64,000 nt of DNA from Squalus acanthias (lineage: Eukaryota): the NCBI GenBank assembly GCA_030390025.1, contig CM059436.1, forward strand, positions 44,020,001 through 44,084,000. The letters are read 5' to 3'. How positions within the stretch are numbered: the stretch's first letter is position 1; each line of letters opens with the position of its first letter. The notes under the pieces are model-generated. The model had not been told where the DNA came from. It worked only from the letters and a program-made list of their open reading frames with translations, and did no database searches. The position numbers were made by a program, and so were the translations under genes. Positions 51,069-63,945 of the stretch are shown here, one piece after another.

Positions 51069-53540
51069 CCCCATGAAGTCTCATGGCTTCAGGTCAAGCA
51101 TGGGCAAGGAAACCTCCTGCTGATTACCACCTACCGCCCTCCCTCAGCTGATGAATCAGTACTCCTCCATGTTGAACACCACTTGGAAGAAGCACTGAGA
51201 GTAGCAAGGCCACAGAATGTACTCTGGGTGGGGGACTTCAATGTCCATCACCAAGAGTGGCTCAGTAGCACCACTACTGACCGAGCTGGCCGAGTCCTGA
51301 AGGACATAACTGCCAGTCTAGGCCTGCGACAGGTAGTGAAGAACCAATACGAGAGAAAAACCTACTTGAACCTCGTCCTCACCAATCTACCTGTCGCAGA
51401 TGCATCTGTCCATGACAGTATTGGTAGCAGTGACCACCGCACAGTCGTTGTGGAGACGAAGTCCCGTCTTCACACTGAGGACACCCTCCATCGTGGTGTG
51501 TGGCACTACCACCGTGCTAAATGGGATAGATTCAGAACAGACCTAGCAGCTTAAAACTGGGCATCCACGAGGCGCTGTGGGCCATCAGCAGCAGCAGAAT
51601 TGTATTCCACCACAATCTGTAACCTCATGGCCCGGCATATCCCTCACACTACCATTACTATCAAGCTAGGGGACCAACCCTGGTTCAATAAGGAGTGTAG
51701 AAGAGCATGCCAGGAGCAGCACCAGGCGTACCTAAAAATGAGGTGCCATCCTGGGGAAGCTGTAACACAGGACTACATGCATGCTAAAAAGCAGAAGCAG
51801 CATGCTATAGACAGGGCTAAGCAATCCCACAATCAACGGATCAGATCAAAGCTCTGCAGTCCTGCCACATCCAGTCGTGAAAGGTGGTGGACCATTAAAC
51901 AACTAACTGGAGGAGGAGGCTCCATGAATATCCCCATCCTCAATGATGGTGGAGCCCAGCACGTGAGTGCAAAAGACAAAGCTGAAGCGTTTGCAACCAT
52001 CTTCAGCCAGACGTGCCGAGTGGATGATCCGTATCGGCCTACTCCTGAGGTCCCCACCATCACAGAAGCCAGTCTTCAGCCAATTCGATTCACCCCACAT
52101 GATATCGAGAACCGGCTGAGCACACTGGATACAGCAAAGGCTATGGGCCCCGACAACATCCCGGCTATCGTGCTGAAGACTTGTGAACCAGAACTAGCCG
52201 CGCCTCTAGCCAAGCTGTTCCAGTACAGCTACAACACTGATATCTATCCGACAATGTGGAAAACTACCCAGGTATGTCCTGTCCACAAAAAGCAGGACAA
52301 ATCCAACCCGGCCAATTACCGCCCCATCAGTCTACTCTCGATCATCAGCAAAGTGATGGAAGGTGTCATCCTCATTACAACATGGACAAAGGAGCTGAAT
52401 TGCAGAGGTGAGGTGAGAGTAACTGCCCTTGACATCAAGGTAGCATTTGACCGAGTGTGGCATCAAGGAGCCCTAGTAAAACTGAAGTCAATGGGAATTG
52501 GGGGGAAATCGCTCCACTGGCTGGAGTCCTACTTAGCACCAAGAAAGATGGTTGTGGTGGTTGAAGATCAATCATCACCGCCCCAGGACATCCGCTGCAG
52601 GAGTTCCTCAGGGCAGTGTCCTAGGCCCAACCATCTTCAGCTGCTTCATCAATGACCTTCCCTCCAACATAAGGTCAAAAATGGGGATGTTCGCTGATGA
52701 CTGCAGTGTTCAGCGCCATTCACAACTCCTCAGATAATGAAGCAGTCCATGCCCACATGCAACAAGACCTGGACGATGTTCAGGTGTGGGCTGTAATGTG
52801 GCAGTTAACATTCGCGCCACACAAGTGCCAGGCAATGACTATCTCCAACAAGAGAGAGTCTAACCACTGCCCCATGACATTCAATGGCATTATCATCGCC
52901 GAATCCTCCACCATCAACATCCTGGGGGTCACCATTGACCAGAAACTTAACTGGACCAGCCACATAAATACTGTGGCAACAAGAGCAGGTCAGAGGCTAG
53001 GTATTCTGCGACGAGTGTCTCACCTCCTGACTCCCCAAAGCCTTTCCACCATCTACAAGGCACAAGTCTGGAGTATGATGGAATACTCTCCACTTGCCTG
53101 GATGAGTGCAGCTCCAACAACACTCAAGAAACTCGACACCATCCAGGACAGCAGCCCGCTTGATTGGCACCCCATCCACCACCTTAAACATTCACTCCCT
53201 CCACCACCGGCGTACCATGGCTGCAGTGTGTACCATCTACAAGATGCACTGCACCCGCCAAGGCTTCTTCAGCAGCACCTCCCAAACCTGCGTCCTCTCC
53301 CAGGGGCAGCAGGCGCATGGAAACACCACCACCTCCAAGTTCCCCTCCAAGTCACACACCATCCTGACTTGGAAGTATATCGCCGATCTTTCATCAGCAC
53401 TGTGGGAGTACCTTCACCACACGGACTGCAGCGGTTCAAGAAGGCGGCTCACCACTACCTTCTCTCAAGGGCAATTAGGGATGGGCAATAAATGCTGGCC
53501 TTGCCAGCGACGCCCACATCCCAGGAACGAATAAAAAAAA
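51069..53540 (+). mobile_element. Non-LTR retrotransposon (CR1/L2-related group), frameshifted ORF2
   Basis: VGDFNVHH, SDH, KAMGPDNIP, NYRPISLLS, AFDRVWH, GVPQGSVLGP, MFADD; A-rich end. Confidence 0.9.
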
Positions 53541-53730
53541 ATCTAATTATTCAATCTAATTTATGTAATTGTTAATTATTACATTACTATACTTGTCATT
53601 ACTTTGAGATGTTATCTAACTTGCATTAAAGTATTTCCACTAACTGGAGTAGGTGGATTAAGGATTACAATTATTGTATTACTGGTCATGTAAATTTAAA
53701 CAGAAACCATTTGTATGTTTTGATTTGCAG

Positions 53731-53813
53731 GAACAAATTAATCACCTGTCCTACAATGAGAAGTCTGACATATGGTCCTTGGGGTGTTTGCTGTATGAAC
53801 TTTGTGCACTTTC
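53731..53813 (+). CDS. NEK2: NEK2 exon 4
   Basis: ttgcAG|EQINHLSYNEKSDIWSLGCLLYELCAL|GTAAGT; 83 nt. Not present in the ORF track. Confidence 0.96.
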
Positions 53814-54554
53814 GTAAGTACTGTACTAAGACCGTTCTAATTATAGTATCTTCTGTTTTGATTGTGAGCCTGCATTTTAATTGACTTATGCTTCGTATTT
53901 TATTTTTATGTCTTCCCCCCCCCCCCCCCCTCCTCCAGTTTTTGTTTTCGATGGACAATTTTCTTAAGAGTGGTATGTTTTGTGTAGTCTGATTCTCCTG
54001 AAGCTTTTCAAAGTCAAGGGGGTGGGGGAGAAACCCACTATTTTGTTTTCTTGTGTGCCTGAAGCTTGGAGATTACGTGGGGGTGGGGTGGGTGCGGTGC
54101 TCACTGCAAAACATACAGCTCTACTCGGTATGTCACACCTCTGCTGGAAGAAGGAGCAAATTGATTTAAGATGTCTAACTAGGAAGCTTTCCTGCTTAAC
54201 TAGATAAAAACCGTGTTTCCTTTAGTTCCTCCAAATGCAGATAGACTTTTTAACAGTTGACAGACATGAACATCTAGCCTCCATTATGCTGTAAAGAAGT
54301 TGCGTAACGCTGGAAAGTTCAAGTAGGAAAAATCAAGTGACTTTGGAATGTGCCAACAAATTGATGGGGGGGGACGAGAAGAGGGTGGTGGGGTAGATGT
54401 CACTGTCTGTCTATGTGTCAGTCTTGGAGTTTCAAAAGTGGTGCAAGTCTCCAGTAGTGTTCTCTGCTTTTCCAAGGTTTATTAATTATGTGATAGCATG
54501 GGTTTCAGAGTGGTACTGATAGAAAATAAAGAATTTTGTGCACAGCAAGCAATG

Positions 54555-54802
54555 AGCTAATGACCAGATAATCTGTGTTATTTATTGATGTTGGTTGAGC
54601 GATAAATATTGGAATCTTTTACGTCCACCTAATAGGGCAGACTCTGTTTAATGTCTCATCCGAAAGACGGCACCTCCGACAGTGCAGCATTCCCTCAGTA
54701 CTGTAATGGGGTGTTGGCCTAGATTTTGTGCTCCAGTCTCTGGAGTGGAACTTGAATCTACAACTTTCTGACTCCAAGGCGAGAGAGCTACCACTGTAGC
54801 CA
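54555..54802 (-). mobile_element. tRNA-derived Deu-domain SINE fragment
   Basis: tRNA-like head, then CAGTACTGAGGGAATGCTGCACTGTCGGAGGTGCCGTCTTTCGGATGAGAC-TTAAAC. Confidence 0.7.
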
Positions 54803-57450
54803 ATGATTTCCTTCCCTCTGCAGCTGAAGTCAAACTGATGATAGCCACTTATTCACTCAGCACCCTGTAAAGGTAATTGCAAATTGAAGAACAACTACTG
54901 GGCAAAATCAAAGGGTGTTTAAAACAGTACTTACAGCCTCTAGTGTCAAGATGCTGGAAAGGCATGAGGCCAGGAGGGTCATTTGGGCAATGAAGTGGGA
55001 TCAGTGGGTTGTATTCATCCATAAGAACGTGCAATTATGCTAACGTAATTTCTCTATCGTGAATCATGATCAAAAGTGTTCCTCTGGCCTAGTGCCAAAG
55101 ACTGACCAGTCCAGTGCTCTCCAACAAACTTGAAGGGTTCTGGAAAGAGTACTATATTGAGTTGTGCCTGACCCAACAGACAATAGTAAGGACCCACTTG
55201 TATGGTCAGAGAAGCTGCTGAAATATGCTGCACGGATATAATGCTTTAATGAACTAGTTTGATGGGAGGAAGTAAACTCTCACTTCTTTACCTAATTAAT
55301 GATGAGGCAGAAAAAGTATGCACAGTATTCATGCCCAAAACTACTCTTGGTGAGAAGCATTGCTGTTGGTGAACAGTAACTGATCTTGAAACTTCCCTTG
55401 TTGAATGGGATTCTGTTCGAGGCAATTTTGGTTTCTACCCACAAGAAAGCCTGATGAGCTCAAACACTACTGAGGAATCTCGTCAATATCAGTTGCTGTT
55501 GAGGTGGTTCTTTTGGGTATATTGGATGCTCTGGAGACCTGTTGAGAAATTAGAAAAGAACTGGCTGATTCCACTCGGCAGAAATTTGTAGGACAAGTTG
55601 TTGCTTTATTTGATCAGAGCACCATAAAGGTTGGGGTGGGGACCCAGGTGTGTTGTTGGCATCAATTTCCATGAGGCTTTCGACCTGTTGCTTTATTCAG
55701 CCTTCACTGAAGAAGCTAGAAGTGTGAGAGTATGTGGCCAAATTTTGGATTATATCTGGAATGTGTACTCCTGTTCAAGATCCATACAAGGGTGGATGAG
55801 AGTCACTGAACATGTCTCTTGAAGGAGGAGTGAGGCAATCTTATTCAATCTCTATTGACAATGTGTTGGGTGATATTATAAGAGATGGATTATAAGGGGG
55901 TATTTCTAACTTTTATCGCCAGGCGAAAAACAGGCGATAGCAACTTGGCAGCCTGTTTTGCACACCTCGATTTTTCCATTGGTCATTTTGTTTTCAGTGT
56001 TTACCTTTTTTTTCCCCAAATCACTTGATTCAAGTTAATTTTTATTGGTCTGAATTTTCACCTGAAAAAATTGGCAAACTTGCTAATCCCATGAAATTTC
56101 CTTGATGTTTTGAGTCTCTGGAGATTTAGTTTATTATATCCCTCTCAGCCATATGTAGAAATAGCATTTGATTTTTAAATTGAATAAAAGTCACTGAAAA
56201 TGAGTGCTAATTCTAAAATGTTTAAAACAGCTTGCAATCTAATCGAGTTAAGACAAATACAATTTTATAGATAATTTCTAAACATCTGTTTAAAAAATAA
56301 ATGTAATGGGGTCAAGTTTCCACTTGTTTACGCTGGTAATATCAGCGTAATCTAGGCAGAATCGGCCAAACCAGCGCAAAAGATCGGGGAATTTTAAACG
56401 TAAGTGATTTATGCCCAAAACCACTTGCGTCATGTTTTCCACGACCTTTTGTGCTGGTTCAAGATTCAGTTCGCCCGGATCAGGCTCCGCCCACAAAACA
56501 GGCCACACCTCCAGGTTGAAATTGCGAGATTCTGCCGATTTGCGCTGGTTCGGGAAGGTTCTTCAAATTGTGCTAATTTTCTTAGGAACACTTGCATTAG
56601 TAGACATGTTATTTAAAGTTCTTTCATGTTTAAAAAAAAAAATGTAATTTACTAAGAAACTGACTAGTGTACACCACTGAAGCTATTAATGGTTCGTTCA
56701 TAGATTTTCAAAGTCATTTTCAGTGATATTTTAAATCGGGTTGCGCACAGGTGGAGGATTGGACACCCTTATTAAAAATGCTTATTTTTGGTGAGAAACC
56801 CATTTTCAGCTGTATTATTAAAACTGCACCAGGTTACCACTCTTAACTACATCAAGGAATTCTTTACAATTGGTTGGGGTGGGGGCGGGACACGATTACT
56901 TTCCATCACTCTGCCCGATTGCGCTCGTTCGTGGAAGATTTTAAGTTTCTGATTATGTAGATGAATCTTAGTAAAAACTTGAAATGTGACCTAACATGCG
57001 CATTTTTTTGCGCAATGTTCCAGTTGTGCCTAAAGCGGAAGCTCTATCCCAGTGTGTATCACAACTGTTGGATTGTATGATTACATTGTGCCATTGGTGT
57101 AGAATGGAGCTGTTAATGTGTGGGGTAATGACACCCAGTGGCCGTACTCTGGTACTGAAGACGCACAACAGAAAGATGGTTAGGGGTAAAGTTCAAATCT
57201 ATGTATAGCATTTCTTCAGCTTGCACATACTGATGAGTAGATAATTTTGGAACTAGAAAGCCTTGATATACCTAAATTTTGAATTGCATCTCTTTTTCAA
57301 ACTTTTACTTGATACCAAATTACACGCTATGCTGCTGTAATGTCCAGTTTAAGCTTATACCAACCATGTTTGTATCGGTATTATAACATACAAAATATAT
57401 AGATCTTTTGCAGAAGAATAGTTGATTCAATTTATAATTTTATTTTAAAG

Positions 57451-57577
57451 CCCACCTTTCACTGCATATAATCAGAAGGAATTAGCAGAGAAAATAAGAG
57501 AGGGCAAGTTTAGACGAATCCCTTATCGCTATTCCGATGAACTGAATGAACTCCTTGGCAGAATGTTAAACCTCAAG
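57451..57577 (+). CDS. NEK2: NEK2 exon 5
   Basis: taaAG|PPFTAYNQKELAEKIREGKFRRIPYRYSDELNELLGRMLNLK|GTTAGT; 127 nt. Confidence 0.96.
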
Positions 57578-57726
57578 GTTAGTATCAGTTTGTTTTGTCC
57601 TATGTAGTTTTTATGAATCGTTTTCTTTTGTTTTTCATATTATTTCTCTATCCATCTTCTGTACCATTTGCCACCCTGTATTGGCCACAAAAGCTGCAGA
57701 CTCTATCCCAACAATACCCTGCCCTC

Positions 57727-57757
<31 letters not shown>

Positions 57758-57859
57758 ATAAAGAGTGGACTAGCCTAAATTGAATATTAGTTGTACACCG
57801 AAAACTCACTGCATAAGTTTGCTTAATTTGCTATCACTTTGAAATCTTCAATTGTACCC

Positions 57860-58819
57860 AGTATTGCGTGCAGTTTTGGTCTCCTTACCTAAGAAAGGAT
57901 ATACAGGAAACTCTTTATTAACCGGCACCGGCGTGGTGCCGGTTTATCGAAAGTACCGGATAACGGAGAGTTATATCTACCGAGGCTATTTTTAACAAAG
58001 AGACTCCAGGCAGCGCGGGAGAATCAACTCCTGCTACTGCAGTGTTTCGGACTTCCGACAGCGCCAGGAGGCCGAGTAGTGGCACTTTTGAAAACTACCC
58101 CTACTGACTAAATCGGCGTTCTCGGACTCGGGATCGGCAACATTGCCGGTTATTTGAGAGGAGTTTTCGGAGTACTCGGCGTTCGCGGAGACTCGACTGC
58201 GACTCGGCAACATTGCCGGTTATTTGAGAGGAGTTTTCGGAGGATGATTTTTGCCGGTTAAGCGAGAATTCTGGATATTTGGGTGCCGGATAAACAAAAG
58301 TTTCCTGTACTTGCCATAGAGGGAGTGCAGCGAAGGTTCACCAGACTGATTCCTGGGATGGCAGGACTGCCGTATGAGGAGAGATTGGGCCGACTAGACC
58401 TGTATTCACTAGAGTTTAGAAGAATGAGAGGAGATCTCATTGAAACGTATAAAAGTCTGACAGGGCTAGACAGACTGGATGCAGGGAGGATGTTTCCCCT
58501 GGCTGGGGGATCTAGAACAAGGGGTCACAGTCTCAGGATACGGGGTAGGACATTTAGAACTGAGATGAGGAGAAATTTCTTTACTCAAAGGATGGTGAAC
58601 CTGTGGAATTCTCTACCACAGAAGGCTGTGGAGGTCAAGTCACTGAATATATTTAAGAAGGAAATAGATAGATTTCTGGACACAAAAGGCATCAAGGGGT
58701 ATGAGGAGAGAGCAGGAATATGGTATTGAGATAGAGGATCAGCCATGATCACATTGAATGGCGGAGCAGGCTCGAAGGTCCGAATGGCCTACTCCTGCTC
58801 CTATTTTTCTATGTTTCTA
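57860..58819 (+). mobile_element. CR1 3' fragment split by a Tc1/pogo-like MITE
   Basis: YCVQFWSPYLRKDI | LAIEGVQRRFTRLIPG...RRNFFTQR. Confidence 0.9.
57904..58307. mobile_element. Tc1/mariner-superfamily (pogo/Tigger-like) MITE
   Basis: TA TSD; TIR CAGGAAACTCTTTATTAACCGGCACC / GGTGCCGGATAAACAAAAGTTTCCTG. Excision restores the CR1 frame. Confidence 0.88.
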
Positions 58820-60187
58820 TTGGAACCACTATATTAACTTCTCGTACCTGCTAGGAAATATCAGTCAATTCTATGGCGTGACCATCTGTTACAAATTTTC
58901 AGGTTATAGATTACATATTCTCTCTGGTTCAGTGTCACCAGTCACTCCTACAAGTTTAGCCCCATGTCCCTTATGATTGAGAGTGCACCTTTTACTGCCC
59001 AATATCTATTAAACAATAGCATGAATTGGGGATCCTAGCATAGAATCCTTGCTCCATATATCTGCTACTGAAATCTCGCATGTGCCAACATGTGTGTTCT
59101 CCTTTCTTTATGGAAGGTGGTCTGAAAGGCATTCCGGCAAGGATAGATGCAATTGCAAACCACCAAACTGGCTTATTTCATATAAAATACACTTAAGTTT
59201 TCTGTCCATTTTGTACCACTCCTTGTTTCTGTGGAAAACCATAAAGATGCAACTACTGATATTCTAGGTGAATTGCCTCAAAGGTATAGGAACTTGTATA
59301 AATGACAGGTTTTATTGGCACCTTTTGGGTAGCTATCTAACACTTGCTGCATTTAACATTTTCAAGAACAATTCTAAATTAATAAAAATTCAGTTCAGGT
59401 CGTACAAGTATAACTCAAAATGCTACACCATTGGTGAATACACAAGTTATTATCTCCACACCAATCCATTCAGTTGGATTTAAAAAAATATATGTTTTTT
59501 CTTGGGATGTGGGGTGGACACTGGCAAGGCAGTACTTTTTGTCCATCCCTAGCCTCCCTGAGGGTATTTAGAATCAACCACATAGTCGGGGACTGGAATT
59601 GTGTGCAGGCCAGACAGGGTCTCTTCCCTGAAGGACATTAGTGAACTGGTTGGTTTTTACAACAAGCCAGCAGTTTTCATGGTCATTTTATCTGGTACCA
59701 GCCCACAAATTACCAGACCTGTTGAATTCTATTTCCTAACTTACCATGGTGGGATTTGAACTCTGGGTTGCTATTACCGTACCATAATCATAATCAATGT
59801 TATGAGCTGGTATTGAGGGATCTCAAGCACTGAACTAAGCAAACACTAGGTCGGAGTCCCCAAACTGACTGCTGGTTGTTGCTTAAAGAAGGAACGGCTA
59901 ATGCGATAAAGCAATTTTTAAGGAACATGATAAAGTCTACTTCAAAATACAACTGTGTTGATTCCATCAACCTGTGCTGTTTTGGGTTTCTACTCCTTCT
60001 GGAGCCACCCAATATGTGAAAAATCAGTACTGCTGTACACTGCTTAAATGAAGTGAAATTTTCCGTTGGTGGTGGTGGGGTAAGGGGGCAGGGGAAGTCA
60101 GACGCACCAAAATGATTCATTTGTTTTTATATAGTTGACTTGTGGTTTATTCTTTCAATGTAACTATCATTGTCTTTTATATACCAG

Positions 60188-60410
60188 GATTATCTGAGGC
60201 CTTCTGTGGATGAACTAATGCAGCATCTCTTGATTGCTAATTTGGTGGCTGAAGAGCAGCGAAAAATATCAGCTGAAAGACGAGGGAGAAGATCTCTGGA
60301 GAATGAACATCTCCACGACAGTGACCCACTGGTGACTGAGCTGAAACTTAAAGAGGAACAGCTTCATAACCGGGAGAAGGCCTTGAAAGAAAGAGAAGAG
60401 CTTCTCGAAC
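60188..60410 (+). CDS. NEK2: NEK2 exon 6 (end of kinase domain, leucine zipper)
   Basis: accAG|DYLRPSVDELMQH...ELKLKEEQLHNREKALKEREELLE|GTAATT; 223 nt, phase-consistent. Confidence 0.93.
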
Positions 60411-60494
60411 GTAATTATACTTGTTTGATTTTTATTTTATTTATTTATAGCACACTAGAACAAAATGGAAGAGTCTATGTTCCTATTGTATTTT

Positions 60495-61087
60495 ATCATC
60501 GAATCATAGAAATTTACTGCACGGAAGGAGGCCATTGCGGCCCATCATGTCTGCACTGGCTGACAAAGAGGTATCTAGCCTAATCCCATTTTCCAGCTCT
60601 TGGTCCATAGCCCTGTAGGTTACGGCACTTCAAGTGCACATCCAAGTACTTTTTAAATGTGGTGAGGGTTCCTGCCTCTACCATCCTTTCAGGCAGTGAG
60701 TTCCAGACCCGACCAACCCTCTGGGTGAAGAAATTTCCCCTCAAACCTCCTCTAAACCTCCTACCAATTACTTTAAATCTATGCCCCCTGGTTGTTGACC
60801 CCTCTGCTAAGGGAAATAGATCCTTCGTGTCCACTCTATCTAGGCCCCTCATAATTTTATACACCTCAATAAGGTCTCCCCTCAGCCTCCTCTGTTCCAA
60901 AGAAAACAGACCCAGCCTATCCAATCTTTCCGCGTAGCTAAAATTCTCCAGTCCAGGCAACATCCTCATAAATCTCCTCTGTACTCTATCTAGTGCAATC
61001 ACATCTTTCCTGTAATGTGGTGACCAGAACTGCACGCAGTACTCTAGATGTGGCCTAACTAGTGTTTTATACAGTTCAAGCATAACA
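60495..61087 (-). mobile_element. CR1 3' fragment
   Basis: LELYKTLVRPHLEYCVQFWSP...NFFTQRV. Confidence 0.92.
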
Positions 61088-61375
61088 TGGGTTTGAGGCC
61101 CACCTCTTGCAATTGGTGAATTCAAATACTTCACAGTAAAGCAACTTTATTTGGGGTTTCAATTTTTTGGGTTTTCTTCCTCTATTAGTTGTTATGGGGG
61201 TATGAATTAGATCAGCAGCTGGTTGAAAGTGCATATAATACTATAAATTAGTTACCTAGGTTGATTACAAGTAAAGTAAATTGATCTACATGTCATGGTT
61301 TTTTTTTGTTGGAGGTAGGATATCGTGAACACAGGTCACAGAATGTGTTTCAATCTAAAACCATTCCAATATATT

Positions 61376-62120
61376 GGCCCAGAAATTGATCTCGCTCTGT
61401 TCCCGCGGGGGTAAGCCTTTCCCGCGATGTCTCACCTCGCTTATGCTTTTTCTGATCCAGCTCGCACGAAATTGATGTTCCAGACATCAGCTGTGCTGGG
61501 CTTGCGTATCCCAGCGGCGTAGTTAATTCGTGCGAGCTGTGGGATCACGTGACTCAGTTAGAGCCAATGGCAGCACACCATCTTCCATTCATAAGTCTCA
61601 CAGCATGGCTGAGAGACTTATGAATCTTACACCCCCCCAAAATAACAGCTAAACCTCAATTAAATTTTAAAAAAAAAACCATCACATTAATAAAATAAGT
61701 ATAGTTAATTAAATTAACCATTTTAAATAAAAAATTAAATTTTTGAAAAAATTTAAAATCTTTTAAAAAGTTATAAAAATAAACTTACCTGTCTTTAAAG
61801 TCTATAAAAAAGATATACCTGTAAAAAAAAAATTCAAAAAAATACTTAATTCACTACTTACCTTCTTAAAAGCGGGTCTTACTCCTCCTTTTTACATTTC
61901 CAAAATCTTCAGTACTTACCTGCGCGTCCAAAGCATGAAGTGCACAGCGTGCGCGCAGCCTGTAGCGCGCACGCGATGCACTCCGGCCCCGCCCCCTTTT
62001 CGGAAAGCAATTGCCGGTTTTCAGCGCATGCGCAGGGCATGCAGAAAACCGGCAATTGGAGTGGGAATACGCGAGAGTATGCAGTGCGTACTCTCGCGTC
62101 CCGGGATCAATTTTCGGCCC
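61376..62120. mobile_element. Harbinger-like MITE with AT-rich core
   Basis: TIR GGCCCAGAAATTGATCTCG / CGGGATCAATTTTCGGCCC and TSD ATT. Confidence 0.75.
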
Positions 62121-62515
62121 ATTATGCATACTTTTTCCTATTTCCATAGCATCAGCTTCTAGCTGACTAAGTTCTACCTATTGCCTTGGTTTCCTAGCTG
62201 ATTGTGTCTGTCACAAAATTGAAATTGTATTCAGTTGCATTGTAGGAAAAGGAAGCATTGTTGAGATTGTAATACATGAGCATTATGTTTATAATAAACT
62301 CATTTACATAATTGAGAAGGACACTTTGAACATCCCACCACTGAAGGTTTGATCTGTGCAAAACTTTGTGCAACAAACTGTTTACATGACCGTTTATCAG
62401 TTTACTACACTGTATGCAAAAAGTAAATTTTGAATCCATTATATTGTAAAAAAAAATGTATGTGGAACCTGTACTGGTACTGTTAACATTGCTTTCTATT
62501 TAATTTTTTTTTCAG

Positions 62516-62570
62516 AACGTGAGCGGGAGCTTTGCATTCGAGAGAGACTAGCAGAGGAAAAGTTTTCTAG
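62516..62570 (+). CDS. NEK2: NEK2 exon 7 (short); gene probably continues beyond the window
   Basis: tttcAG|(Q)RERELCIRERLAEEKFSR|GTAACA; matches human QKEQELCVRERLAEDKLAR. Confidence 0.88.
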
Positions 62571-63126
62571 GTAACAGCCCAGCTTAGTACTATTTTCTTT
62601 TGGATAAGGGAGGTGAGGCAGCAGACTTGTACAGTAACTTCTATCTAAATTCAATTCTAAATCAGTGGCTATTTTCTTATATAATGATTAAAGTTTACAG
62701 CAGTACCAACAATATATTAATGATTCAGATATGAACCTATTTGGAAAACAACTGTCAGTCATCATTACTTGAAATTAATTTAAGACCGATTCTTTACAAG
62801 TTTTGCTGCATGTTTAATCTTCTCGCAAGAGAAAATTGTAGATGGCATACCTTCAAGTTGATCTAGCATTTGTGCATTTTCACTTAGTTTGCAAACTAAT
62901 AACTTTTTCATAAATTTGGGTACTATTTTGATGGGACTTCAAAGTACAGTTGTCAGCAGCAGCTACCTCCCATCATTGAGAAATATTTGCCTTTTTCATT
63001 CTCCCATCCTTGTAGGTTACCCATGTTACAGTTTTTTCTGACAACTGGAGTGTACAGTATTCTATTTCTAGGCCTCTACCAAAGCTGTTATTTTGCCCAT
63101 GCTAATCTTGCTCCTCTAATTCACCG

Positions 63127-63945
63127 CCCCGCCGCCCCCAAAACTCCTCCACCCTATATGAATACTATTATTGGAGCACTTTTTGTTTAAATGATCTTGG
63201 AAAAGTTGTTGTCTCCTTCCTGGAATAGCACTGGTGAAAGCTCCTGTAGGTAGAGGAATTTTAGTTCTGCTGGGCACGATAATTTCTAGTATAGTCTGTA
63301 AGTCTTCATGTTTTAAACCAATTTTCTCATTAGCATTTTAAAAATAAATGCTTGCTTTTTGAGTGTATTGTCATTACTAAAATGTAATGCCAATGCACCA
63401 ATATGGGGATCTACTGGCATTAGAGTGAAGCTTTGTATTTTTCGTGTGTGTACGTAATAATGGTGGGAGAACTGAATGGCAACCATATTACAAATCCTAT
63501 CTGCAGCTCCTCGGCCTGTAACATAGAAACATAGAAGTTTCTATGTTACAGGCCGAGGAGCTGCAGATAGGATTTGTAATATGGTTGCCATTCAGTTCTC
63601 CCACCATTATTACGTACACACACGAAAAATACAAAGCTTCACTCTAATGCCAGTAGATCCCCATATTGGTGCATTGGCATTACATTTTAGTAATGACAAT
63701 ACACTCAAAAGCAAGCATTTATTTTTAAAATGCTAATGAGAAAATTGGTTTAAAACATGAAGACTTACAGACTATACTAGAAATTATCGTGCCCAGCAGA
63801 ACTAAAATTCCTCTACCTACAGGAGCTTTCACCAGTGCTATTCCAGGAAGGAGACAACAACTTTTCCAAGATTATTTAAACAAAAAGTGCTCCAATAATA
63901 GTACAGGTATTCATATAGGGTGGAGGAGTTTTGGGGGCGGTGGGG
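63127..63945. repeat. Near-perfect long inverted repeat (arms 63127-63530 and 63537-63945, 6-nt spacer)
   Basis: The arms are reverse complements. Four differences seen by eye: two substitutions, a 1-nt indel and a 6-nt insertion. Confidence 0.97.

Noticed and set aside
55895-57200. Further MITE(s) in NEK2 intron 4
   Set aside because: CpG-rich patches and GGGG-start motifs resemble the other MITEs, but I could not pair termini or find a TSD.
58130-58245. CRISPR-like repeat-spacer pattern
   Set aside because: Only two direct repeats, inside a TA-flanked MITE in a vertebrate intron; no cas genes.
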